Below, piece after piece: positions 41,348-50,468 of a DNA stretch of 64,000 bases. The translations under genes and the position numbers were made by a program. Source of the stretch: Myxococcota bacterium (lineage in GTDB: Bacteria; Myxococcota_A; UBA9042; PHBI01; JAWLBL01); the NCBI GenBank assembly GCA_041687695.1, contig JAWLBL010000012.1, forward strand, positions 32,001-96,000, in the 5' to 3' direction. Every line of letters starts with the position of its first letter. Within the stretch, counting starts at the first letter, position 1. The notes under the pieces were generated by a model. That model saw only the letters and a list, made by a program, of their open reading frames with translations. It made no database searches and was not told the origin of the DNA.

Positions 41348-42748
41348 GTGCCCTCGGACTCCCCCCCACACTCGCCCACGTCGCATGACGCCTGCAGCCT
41401 GACGGACGCGCGCCTGCTCGCCCCGCGGGGCCCCTACGGCGACTTCGCGGATCGGCTGCTCGCGTCGTGCCTCGTCAAGGATCCCTGGATCGACGGCGCC
41501 CCGCGCTTTCATCCGGCGCCGCTGGTCCTCGCCCCTGCGCTGCGCGATCGCCTCTACGACGCCGCCTCCCGCCTGGGCGCCGCCTTCGACGCCCTGGTCG
41601 CCCTGGTCGCCGCCGAGCCCGCGCTGCTGGACGACTTCTTCGGGTTGACGCCCTGGCAGAAGCTGATGGTCCTGGGCTCCGACGCCTGGTGGCACGGCTT
41701 CGCGCGGGTCGACCTGTTCGTCTGCGAGGACGGGCGGCTGCAGGCCTGCGAGATCAACGCCGACACGCCCAGCGGGCAGGTCGAGGCGACGCTGCTGGGC
41801 GCCCTGTTCGCGCCCGAGCACCCCGCGCTCGAGGATCCCAACGCCGACTACCCCGAGCGGCTGTGGCGCATGATGATCCGCGCCTTCCAGGCCCGCACCG
41901 GCCGACCGGGCGCGCCGACGCGCATCGGAATCGTCTTCCCCAGCGATCTGCCCGAGGACATCACGCTGGTGCGCCTGTACCAGCGCTGGTTCCAGGAACG
42001 CGGGGCACAGGTCGTGCTGGGCTCGCCCTTCAACCTGGGGGTGGCCGACGACGGGGCGGTGACGCTGCTGGGGCGGCCGATCGAGCTGGTGTTCCGGCAC
42101 TACAAGACCGACTGGTGGGCCGAGCGCGAGCCCGTCTGGGCCGACGAGCCGCCGTACGCCGACCCCGATCCGATCGCCGACCAGTTGGCGCTGCTCATCG
42201 CCGCCGAGCGCGAGGGCCGGGTCGCCGTCGTGAACCCGTTCGGGGCGCTGCTGCCGCAGGACAAGCGGGCGCTGGCGCTGTTCTGGGAGCACCTGGACCG
42301 CTTCGCGCCCGAGGTGCAGGCGACGGTGCGCGCGCTGATCCCCGAGACGCGGCGGCTGGACGCGGTGGGGCGCGAGCGCCTGTCGGCCGAGCGCGAGCGG
42401 TGGGTCCTGAAGGCGGCCTGGGGCTGCGAGGGTGACGACGTCCTGGTGGGCCCCTTCATGACGCAGGAGGCCTGGGACAAGGCCCTGCGGCTGGCCTTGG
42501 AAGGTCCGTGGGTCGCGCAGCGGTTCTTCCGGGTGGCGCCGGTTCGGAGCGACGCCGCCGCCGACGCCGCCGCCGACGCCGACGCCGGCGCGCTTTGGCT
42601 GCCCAACCTCGGAGTCTACTTGATCGCCGGCGCGCCCAGCGGGATGCTGGTGCGCCTCACGTCCCCTCGCACGGTCACGGACACGCGCGCGCTCGTCGCG
42701 CCGGTCCTGGTCGGCGCCCCGACCGGAGCCTTCGATGAAGCACCCTGA
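41348..42748 (+). CDS. Glutathionylspermidine synthase-like ATP-grasp protein
   Basis: ARVDLF, CEINADTPSG, VVNPFGALLPQDKRALA, WVLKAAWGCEG, WVAQRFF; GGAGG RBS before GTG. Confidence 0.85.
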   Translation: MPSDSPPHSPTSHDACSLTDARLLAPRGPYGDFADRLLASCLVKDPWIDGAPRFHPAPLVLAPALRDRLYDAASRLGAAFDALVALVAAEPALLDDFFGLTPWQKLMVLGSDAWWHGFARVDLFVCEDGRLQACEINADTPSGQVEATLLGALFAPEHPALEDPNADYPERLWRMMIRAFQARTGRPGAPTRIGIVFPSDLPEDITLVRLYQRWFQERGAQVVLGSPFNLGVADDGAVTLLGRPIELVFRHYKTDWWAEREPVWADEPPYADPDPIADQLALLIAAEREGRVAVVNPFGALLPQDKRALALFWEHLDRFAPEVQATVRALIPETRRLDAVGRERLSAERERWVLKAAWGCEGDDVLVGPFMTQEAWDKALRLALEGPWVAQRFFRVAPVRSDAAADAAADADAGALWLPNLGVYLIAGAPSGMLVRLTSPRTVTDTRALVAPVLVGAPTGAFDEAP

Positions 42749-44114
42749 CGACCGACGCCCCGATCCCGTGACCGACGCCGACGACGCGCCCGCGGCGGCG
42801 CCCCCGCGTGAAGGCTGGTGGGAGGCGGCGCTGACGCGGCGCGAGGCGGCCCAGCGCGCGGGCGTCGGGCTCGGCGGGCTGGCGGTGCTGCTGGGCGCGG
42901 CCGGGCTGGGCGGCGTGGCGGCCTGCGGGCGGTCCGACGACGAGGGGCTCGACGACGACAAGGTCGAGCCGCGCGACGCGATCGAGGTGCAAAAGCAGGT
43001 CGGGTGGGCCGTGGGCGCCGAAGACCAGACGCTGCGCTTCAACACGACGCCCATGGTCAGCGACAGCCAGAAGGGCACGGACTGGCAGCGGTACAAGCAG
43101 CCGGCGAGCCTGCTCGGTGCGACCAGCCCGAAGCAGGAGGCGTGGCGAGGGTTCGCGGCGCCGACGCTGTTCCAGGCGCTCGAGCAGAAGACGCTGGCCG
43201 ACCAGATGCGGCCGACGCGCAGCGGCGACGTCATCGGGGCCTATGCGCGCGGGCCGGCGCTCGCTTCGCTGATGGCGGCCGCCGAGGAGCCGGGCAAGAC
43301 GCTGCTCATCGTGGACATGCCGGGCCCGCAGGCGGTCGGGCTCGCGGCGGGCATGGCCGACAAGGTCGAGCCGGTGTTCCACTTCGACAACTGGCCACAC
43401 CCGCGGGGCGTGGTGCCCAGCCACGACACGCTGGGCGCGACGCTGTACTACGCGGCCGAGCTCGAGGCGAAGAAGGCGCAGCGCCCCGAGGGCGCGCCCG
43501 TGGCCCTGGTGCTCGACAAGCAACGGCTGAGCCAGCCGACCAGCGAGTCGACGCAGTTCGACAACCGCTACGTGGCGACGCTGCCCAGCGCGAAGGCGCT
43601 GAAAGAGCGCGGCATCGAGCGCGTGATGTACGTCACCGAGCGGCCGATTCAGACCGAGTCGGACGACCTGAACGACGACATGGTGGCCTACGCAGACGCG
43701 GGCCTGAAGACGGCCATGGTGCCGCTGAGCGCCTTCGAGCGGGACGAGTCGGTGGCGCAGGCCGACAGCGAGACGAACGGGTACTACTACGGCGGCAGCC
43801 GGCAGACGCACGGCGGGTTCTACGCCTACTATCCGATGTTCATCTGGCTGCCCGGGCCGTCGCCGCGCTGGGGCAGCGCGACGCCGCGGACGGTGGCGCG
43901 CCCGCAGTACCGGCCGGCCCCGCGGCCGACCGTGTTCTCGGCGCGGACGACCGGCGGCGCGGCCGGCGTGGGGCGGACCAAGCCGACCGGCTTCGGGCGC
44001 GTGTCGGCGCGCGTCAACGCCAGCGGGCACGTCGTCGGGACGCGCTACGGGACGACGAGCCGCGGCACGTCGGGGTCGTACGGGCGGTCGCGCAGCAACT
44101 TCGGCGGCGGCTGA
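42735..44114 (+). CDS. Tat-exported lipoprotein with Gly/Arg/Ser-rich tail
   Basis: LTRREAA, hydrophobic stretch, VAAC lipobox; FDNWPHPRGVV; ends in GSYGRSRSNFGGG; overlaps the Gsp-like gene. Confidence 0.8.
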   Translation: MKHPDDRRPDPVTDADDAPAAAPPREGWWEAALTRREAAQRAGVGLGGLAVLLGAAGLGGVAACGRSDDEGLDDDKVEPRDAIEVQKQVGWAVGAEDQTLRFNTTPMVSDSQKGTDWQRYKQPASLLGATSPKQEAWRGFAAPTLFQALEQKTLADQMRPTRSGDVIGAYARGPALASLMAAAEEPGKTLLIVDMPGPQAVGLAAGMADKVEPVFHFDNWPHPRGVVPSHDTLGATLYYAAELEAKKAQRPEGAPVALVLDKQRLSQPTSESTQFDNRYVATLPSAKALKERGIERVMYVTERPIQTESDDLNDDMVAYADAGLKTAMVPLSAFERDESVAQADSETNGYYYGGSRQTHGGFYAYYPMFIWLPGPSPRWGSATPRTVARPQYRPAPRPTVFSARTTGGAAGVGRTKPTGFGRVSARVNASGHVVGTRYGTTSRGTSGSYGRSRSNFGGG

Positions 44115-44134
44115 GCCAGGTCGGGTAGGCAGCG

Positions 44135-44788
44135 ATGGGGAACAAGCCCTTCATGAGCCGCCGCGGCTTCTTCCAGCGCCTGTTCGGCGCCGAGGGCCGC
44201 GTCGAGACCACGTTCTTCGCCCTGCAGCTGGCGCTCGAGGTGGGCGCCGGGTCGGATCTGCGCGACCGGCTGCACGGCGTCATCGACGCGCCGGTGACCG
44301 GGGCCGAGACCCCGGCGGACAAGCGGCGCTTCTACAAGCGGCTGACCAGCATCGTCCACGAGGCCGAGCCGTACTACGAGCTGGGGTTCTTCCAGTACGA
44401 GACGGACGCCGAGGCGGCGCGCGAGGCGTTCGGGACTTGGGTCCGCGAGATCGAGGCCAGCGTCGCGACCGAGGACGACGAGGTGGGCGAGGACGTCGAC
44501 GGCTACCACCGGCTGTCGAGCGAGTCGACCTACGTCGTGGTGTCGATGCTGTTCCTGATGCACGCCAAGCATCCGCTCCATGGGGCCGAGACCGACGAGG
44601 ACGAGCTGTACTCGCGGCCGGGGATGGGCAAGCTGGTCGACAGCGTCAACCGCCTGGACTTCGAGGCGCTCGAGGCGGACGCGGCCTTTGTCATCCCGGG
44701 CAGCGCGCAAGACGGGCTGTCGCACATGGATCTGATGGACGAGGGCTGGGGCTACCTGAAGATGCTCAAGAGCGACATGGTCGCCTGA
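44135..44788 (+). CDS. DUF1517-like protein
   Basis: FALQLAL...AREAF...YVVVSMLF...IPG..QDGLS..DL...YL pattern resembles DUF1517; N-terminal SRRGFF. Confidence 0.6.
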   Translation: MGNKPFMSRRGFFQRLFGAEGRVETTFFALQLALEVGAGSDLRDRLHGVIDAPVTGAETPADKRRFYKRLTSIVHEAEPYYELGFFQYETDAEAAREAFGTWVREIEASVATEDDEVGEDVDGYHRLSSESTYVVVSMLFLMHAKHPLHGAETDEDELYSRPGMGKLVDSVNRLDFEALEADAAFVIPGSAQDGLSHMDLMDEGWGYLKMLKSDMVA

Positions 44789-44927
44789 GCGGCGCCGCCC
44801 GACGCGCCGGTCGGCCGCGGGGCGCGCGGCTTGACGGCGGGGCTGGGGCCCGGCTAACAGGGGAGGCGCCCGCGGCCTCGCAGCGGGCGCGAGACGCTGG
44901 GCTCGAGACCAGCGGCGAGGAGTTCGG

Positions 44928-46745
44928 GTGCGCAACGTCCGCCTGGCGCCCTTCACCGGCGACGACCTCATCTATCGGTTCTGCAGCGTCGCGGGCGCCG
45001 CCGGCCGAGCCATGGTCCCCTTCGAGGCGCTCGCGGCCCAGGTGGACGCCCTGGACGTCGAGCGCGCGCCCCTGGTGACGCTCGCCGGCAGCGACCCGCT
45101 CGAGCATCCCGACTTCCCCGAGCTGGTGGCGCGTTGCCGCGCGCGCGGGCTGACCCGCTTTCGCCTGGTCACCGACGGCTACGGCCTCGCCTCGGACACG
45201 GTGATCGCCTTCCTGCGCGACAGCGGCATCGACGAGGTCCGCGTCGTCTTCCCGACCCACGACCCGCGCACCTACGCCCGCGCCATGCGCACCCGCACCC
45301 GCTTCGACGCGTGCGCCGCCGGCCTCCGCAAGGCGGCCGAGAGCGGCCTGGAGACCCACGTCGTCGTCCCGCTGACCACGTTCGCGCGCGAGCACGCCGA
45401 CGCCTTCCTCGACTGGCTCCGCCCGCTGCCCCTGTCGGGCCTGCTCGTCGAGGCGCCCGAGGTCCACCGCGTCCCCGAGCGCTTCCGCGACGCGCTGCTC
45501 CCCTACGCCGACGCCGCCCGCCTCACCGCCGCCCTGTTCGCCGAGAGCCGCCGGCAGCGCCGCGTCATCGGCGTCTTCGAGCGCTGGATCGTCCCCCCGT
45601 GCGGCGCCGACGGCGCCCTCGACGACTACGGCGACCTCTTCAACCAGCGCTACAAGCACTACCGCGCCCACGCCGACACCCCGACCACGCGCGTCGCCGC
45701 CTGCGCGACCTGCGACCTCACCTCGGCCTGCCCCGGCGTCGAGCCCGACTACCTCGCCGTGTACGGCGACGCCGCCCTGCGCCCCATCCCGCTCGACGAA
45801 GCCAACACCTGGTACACCAAGCCCATCAACCGCCTCGACGAGATCCCCTTCAAGCGCGTCTCGGCCTTCGACAACCAGGAGCGCTCGGGCAAGCGCGGCC
45901 TCCTCCGCATCAACGGCCACTGCAACATGGGCTGCTCCTTCTGCTTCGTCGACCTCAGCCAGCCCAACGTCGACGTCGCCGCGCTCACCGCCGAGCTCGA
46001 CCGCCTCGCCGCCACCGGCGTCACCGAGCTCGTCCTCTCGGGCGGCGAGCCGACCCTCCACCCCGGCCTCCCCGAGGTCGTCGCCCACGGCAAGCGCCTG
46101 GGCTTTGCCACCATCGAGCTCCAATCCAACGGCGTCCGCCTCGCCCACCCCGACTACGCCGCCCAGCTCGCCTCCGCCGGCCTCGACGTCGCCTGCCTCT
46201 CCCTGCACTCCCACGACCCCGACGTCTCCGACCGCATCACCAAGCGCCCCCGCGCCTTCGCCAAGACCGTCCAGGGCCTGCACAACCTCCGCGCCCTCGG
46301 CGTCCAGACCCGCATCTCCCACGTCATCAGCCGCCTCAACTACCGCGATCTCCCCGCCTTCGTCCGCTTCGCCCGCGCCGAGTTCGCCGACGGCCCCCTC
46401 GACATCTGCTTCGCCATCGCCCAGGAGATCTCCAGCCAGACCTCCACCTGGGTCCTGCCCACCTTCACCGACATCAAGCCCTTCGTCCGCGAGGCCCTCG
46501 ACCACTGCCTCGCCCACGGCGTCACCTTCAGCGGCCTCATCGGCCAGGGCAGCTACCCGCCCTGCATGCTCGACGGCGACCTCCGCTACTACGAGCGCGC
46601 CCTGCAAGAGGTCCACCTCAGCCGCGACACCCCCGACTGGGTCAAACCCGACCGCTGCCGCACCTGCGCCTTCGACACCCGCTGCCTCGGCGTCCGCCGC
46701 TCCTACGTCGCCACCTACGGTGACGCCGAGATCCGCCCCTTCTGA
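44928..46745 (+). CDS. Tandem-domain radical SAM protein (degenerate N-terminal rSAM, intact C-terminal rSAM)
   Basis: Domain 1: DDLIYRFC, GSDP, TDG, CATCDLTSACPG. Domain 2: CNMGCSFC, SGGEPTLHP, QSNG, CRTCAFDTRCLG. Confidence 0.9.
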   Translation: MRNVRLAPFTGDDLIYRFCSVAGAAGRAMVPFEALAAQVDALDVERAPLVTLAGSDPLEHPDFPELVARCRARGLTRFRLVTDGYGLASDTVIAFLRDSGIDEVRVVFPTHDPRTYARAMRTRTRFDACAAGLRKAAESGLETHVVVPLTTFAREHADAFLDWLRPLPLSGLLVEAPEVHRVPERFRDALLPYADAARLTAALFAESRRQRRVIGVFERWIVPPCGADGALDDYGDLFNQRYKHYRAHADTPTTRVAACATCDLTSACPGVEPDYLAVYGDAALRPIPLDEANTWYTKPINRLDEIPFKRVSAFDNQERSGKRGLLRINGHCNMGCSFCFVDLSQPNVDVAALTAELDRLAATGVTELVLSGGEPTLHPGLPEVVAHGKRLGFATIELQSNGVRLAHPDYAAQLASAGLDVACLSLHSHDPDVSDRITKRPRAFAKTVQGLHNLRALGVQTRISHVISRLNYRDLPAFVRFARAEFADGPLDICFAIAQEISSQTSTWVLPTFTDIKPFVREALDHCLAHGVTFSGLIGQGSYPPCMLDGDLRYYERALQEVHLSRDTPDWVKPDRCRTCAFDTRCLGVRRSYVATYGDAEIRPF

Positions 46746-46799
46746 CCGCCCCGGCGCCCTCCTTGCCGCGCCGCCCCTCCCTCGGGCATCCTCCCCCTC

Positions 46800-48644
46800 G
46801 TGAAGCGCGCCTCGCCAGCCGGCCGCACGGCCCTCCTCACCCTGCAGAGCCACGGGGACCGCTCCTTCCTCGACGGCCGCGACGAGGCCCTGCTCTCCGG
46901 CGATCTGCGCGCCCTCGGCCTGCCCGCCGACATCGTCCACGCCATCCTCGACCCCCGCGGCGGCGACGGCCCCGCCGGCCTCCCCGCCCAGGACCGCCTC
47001 GCGGCCACCCTCGCCGCCTACGACGTCGTCCTCTTCGAGCGCGTCTGGGACCCCGCCCTCGTCGCCCGCCTCCGCGCCGCCCACCCCACCGCCGTCTGGG
47101 TCTGGTGGCAGGGCGAGCACGCCCTCGCCGACCCGCCCGCCGACTGGGTCGTCCTCGGCACGCCGCGCCACACCGTCCCGGCCCTCCTCCGCTTCTTGCG
47201 CCACCAGACCGCCGCCCCGCCCGCCGAGGCCCGCTTCCGCCAGGGCGACGCCTTCACCCCCGCCGCGGACGCCCGCCCCGCCCCGCGCCTCCCCCTCGGC
47301 TTCACGCCCAACCTCCACCCGGTGGTCGTCAACCCCGAGGCCGCCCCCGGCTTCCGCACCTTCTCGGTCGTCGGCAACCAGGGCTGCCCCTACCAGGCCG
47401 ACGCCCGCGCCAACCCGCTGTACGCCGGCGTCACCATCCCCGACGGCCTCGGCCGCGGCTGCGCCTTCTGCACGACCGGCAACCACTACGTCGGCGCCCC
47501 CGCCGCCGAGACCGCCGCCCGCGTCGCGGCCGAGATCCGCTACCTCCGCCAGCACGCCCCCGCCCTCGACCACCTGGTCCTGCTCGACCAGAACCCGTTC
47601 GCCTACCTCACCGAGGTCGTCGAGGGCCTCGCCGCCGAGGGCACCCCGCCCTTCACCCTGCTGCTCGAGACCCGCGCCGACTGGTTCCGCCGCTCGCGCC
47701 GCCGCTTCGAGCAGGCCCTCGCCGCCGCCCGCGAGGCCGGCTTCACCCTCGCCCCCTTCCTCATCGGCATCGAGAGCTTCTCGCAGACCGAGCTGGACCG
47801 CTTCAACAAGGGCATCACCGCCGAGGAGAACCTCGCCTTCCTCGAGACCCTGTGGGAGTGGCGCGACCGCTTCGCCCCCGCCCTCACCCTCGACCACGCG
47901 GCCTTCGGCTTCATCCTCCTGTCCCCCTGGACCACCCGCGCCGACCTCCGCGACAACCTCGCCGGCATCCGCCGCACCCGCCTCGACCAGCTCCGCGGCA
48001 GCCTGCTCGTCTCGCGCGCCCGCCTGTACCCCGACACCGCCCTGTACTACCTCGCCCAGCGCGACGGCCTGTTGCTCGACGCCTTCACCCACCCCGACGA
48101 GGACAACTCCGCCCGCTACGGCTACTACCCCTCGCAGCCCTGGCGCTTCCTCCACGACGACGTCGCCCACTTCTCGGCCCTCGCCGCCGAGCTGACCCGC
48201 CGCCTCGGCAGCCGCGACCAGGTCCTCGTCTTCCAGACCCTGCTCGACGCCTTCGACGCCGCCGACGACTGGCGCGACGTCACGGCCGACCAGATCCTGG
48301 CCGCCCTGCGCCCCGCCCCCCAGGCCGCCTCCTCCGACGCCACCGCCGCCTCCCCCGAGCTCCGCGCCCGCTTCGCCCGCCTGATCCGCCCACTGCAGCT
48401 CGACGCCCCCTTCGCCGACGGCTGGCGCTTCGGCCCCCTCGCCCTCTCCGAGGGCCGCCTGCGCCTGCGCCTCGACCACGACGACGAGCCCGCCCTCCAG
48501 GTCGACCTCGCCCCGCGCAAGAGCGGCCCCCGCTACGCCGCCTCGCGCCACTACGACATCGCCTACCTCAGCCCGTCGCTCTCGCCCGCCCAGGCCCGCG
48601 CCCTCGACGCCGTCTGCCAGGCCATCGTCGCCAACGACCGCTGA
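46800..48644 (+). CDS. Radical SAM protein with split C-x24-C-x2-C motif, resembling the B12-dependent class
   Basis: GCPY...GRGCAFC; IGIESFSQTELDRFNKG; GFILLSPWTT; about 180-aa N-terminal domain. Confidence 0.8.
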   Translation: MKRASPAGRTALLTLQSHGDRSFLDGRDEALLSGDLRALGLPADIVHAILDPRGGDGPAGLPAQDRLAATLAAYDVVLFERVWDPALVARLRAAHPTAVWVWWQGEHALADPPADWVVLGTPRHTVPALLRFLRHQTAAPPAEARFRQGDAFTPAADARPAPRLPLGFTPNLHPVVVNPEAAPGFRTFSVVGNQGCPYQADARANPLYAGVTIPDGLGRGCAFCTTGNHYVGAPAAETAARVAAEIRYLRQHAPALDHLVLLDQNPFAYLTEVVEGLAAEGTPPFTLLLETRADWFRRSRRRFEQALAAAREAGFTLAPFLIGIESFSQTELDRFNKGITAEENLAFLETLWEWRDRFAPALTLDHAAFGFILLSPWTTRADLRDNLAGIRRTRLDQLRGSLLVSRARLYPDTALYYLAQRDGLLLDAFTHPDEDNSARYGYYPSQPWRFLHDDVAHFSALAAELTRRLGSRDQVLVFQTLLDAFDAADDWRDVTADQILAALRPAPQAASSDATAASPELRARFARLIRPLQLDAPFADGWRFGPLALSEGRLRLRLDHDDEPALQVDLAPRKSGPRYAASRHYDIAYLSPSLSPAQARALDAVCQAIVANDR

Positions 48645-48695
48645 ACGACCGCTGAATGGCGGCCCCGACGCGCCGGCCCCGATCGTCCGGCCGGC

Positions 48696-50468
48696 TCACC
48701 CGAACGGCGCGACGAACCCCAGCCCCGGGTCGGTCCGCGACAGCTCGAAGACCAGCGCGTCGCCCCGCCACACCGACAGCCGCGCCTCGTCCAGCCGCAG
48801 CCGGTCCCCCAGCGCCAGCGCCCCGCCGAACCGCGCCAACGCCCGACTCGCCGGCCCTGGCACCGCCACCCCGCGATGGCGCACCGCCCCGTCCGCCTCG
48901 ACCGCCCCGTCGAACACCAGCTGGTGGTCGTGGTCGAAGTACAGCACCGGCCGCCCCAGCCCCGCCCGCAGCCGCGCCGCCGCCCCCGGGTGTGCCCGCT
49001 CCAGCTCGCCCAGCGCCGCCCGCGCCTGCGCCAGCGCCGCCGGGCAGTCGTACCGGCACGGATAGAACGGCAGCAGCATCACGCTCAGGTTCGCCAGCTC
49101 CCACGGCCACGGCCCCGGCGCCCGCGTTCGCCCCGCCGTCGCGTAGCGGTTGCGCGTGTTGTTCGCGCGGTCGTCCTGCGCGGCGAAGGCTTCGACGCAG
49201 CAGGGCGGGTAGCCCATCAGCGCGCCCATCTGCCGCAGCTGCGCGCTGGGGTCACCCTCGGCCTGCAGCCGCGCCGCCCGCCGCGCCAGCTCGGCCTCGC
49301 GCGCCACGTACAGCTCGACCCGCGGCTCGCCCCGGTCGCGCCGGTCCACCCACGCGTCCTGCGCGCCCACCTCGACCCGCCGCTCGCGCCGCTCGACGTG
49401 CACCGGCCCGCCGCCGTCGGCGAACGGCGCCACCGCCCGCGCCTCCTCCCCCGGCCGCACCGTCAGGAAGGCCACCGGCTTGAGCCCCGCCCGGAACAGC
49501 CACAGCTCGGCCTCCTCGCTGGGCAGCCCCACGTCCAGCGCCGGCGCCGCCGCCGCCGCGGGCACCTCGCCCCGCAGCCCGAACGCCTCCAGCGGCCCCG
49601 CCCCGCGCGCCATCGCCGCGCGCGCCGTCGCGAACCGCCGCCGCCCCGGCGCCAGCCGCCCCGGCAGCGCCTCCAGCGCCGCCGCCGTCAGCCGCGCCAC
49701 CTCGGCCGCCTCGACCAGCGAGTCCCCCGCCGCCTCGCCCCCGGCCAGCTGCCCCAGCGCCCGCGCCTCGCCCCCACCCAGCTCGGCCGTCGCCGGTCGC
49801 CGCTGCGTCTTCGCCGCCCCGCGCGCCGGCCTCACCGTCACCGCCTCGGCCCCGTCCTCCCAGCGCCACTGCGCCCCGGCCCGCGCCCCCTCGAGCCGCA
49901 CGTCCACCCGCGCCCCGCTGGTCACCACCCGCAGCGCCACCGGGAACCCGGCCTCCAGCGCGACCTCGAAGCGCGACGCCCCGACCTGCCGCGCCCCGAC
50001 CACCCGCGCCCCCGGCGCCACCCGCCGCGCCAGCGCCAGCGCGTGCCACAGGCACTCCTCGGGGTCCCCTTCGCGCGCCTCGGGCAGCCCGCGCACCTCG
50101 ATCTCGGCCCGCGTCACCTCCGCCCCGCCAACGAACCGCTCGCAGAACGCGCGCCCGCTCAGCGTCACCCACCCGTGCGCCACCCGCACGCCCGCCGCGC
50201 CCTCCGGCAACGCCGCCTGCCCCAGCGCCAGCCCCAGCGGCGCCTCGACCACCGCCGGACGCCCCGCCTCGGCCAGCGCCAGCGCCGCCTCGAGCCCCGC
50301 CCGCGGCGGCAACGCGACCGCCACCGCCGCCCCGGGCCAGCGCGCCAGCGCCTCGTCGACCCGCCCGACCTGCCCGACCACCCGCAGGACGCCGCTGCCC
50401 GCCGCCACCTCCGCCCAGGCCCGCGCCCGCCGCCCCTGCCCGACGACGACCAGCTCGACCTCGCTCAC
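48696..50468 (-). CDS. Degenerate Gfo/Idh/MocA-like domain fused to a DUF483-like Cys-motif domain (590 aa)
   Basis: GTG 50468 overlaps the upstream TGA. LVVVGQGRRA, VVEAPL (EKP variant); C-terminal GLKP, LMGYPPCCVEAF, PFYPCRYDC. Confidence 0.72.
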   Translation of the reverse strand: MSEVELVVVGQGRRARAWAEVAAGSGVLRVVGQVGRVDEALARWPGAAVAVALPPRAGLEAALALAEAGRPAVVEAPLGLALGQAALPEGAAGVRVAHGWVTLSGRAFCERFVGGAEVTRAEIEVRGLPEAREGDPEECLWHALALARRVAPGARVVGARQVGASRFEVALEAGFPVALRVVTSGARVDVRLEGARAGAQWRWEDGAEAVTVRPARGAAKTQRRPATAELGGGEARALGQLAGGEAAGDSLVEAAEVARLTAAALEALPGRLAPGRRRFATARAAMARGAGPLEAFGLRGEVPAAAAAPALDVGLPSEEAELWLFRAGLKPVAFLTVRPGEEARAVAPFADGGGPVHVERRERRVEVGAQDAWVDRRDRGEPRVELYVAREAELARRAARLQAEGDPSAQLRQMGALMGYPPCCVEAFAAQDDRANNTRNRYATAGRTRAPGPWPWELANLSVMLLPFYPCRYDCPAALAQARAALGELERAHPGAAARLRAGLGRPVLYFDHDHQLVFDGAVEADGAVRHRGVAVPGPASRALARFGGALALGDRLRLDEARLSVWRGDALVFELSRTDPGLGFVAPFG

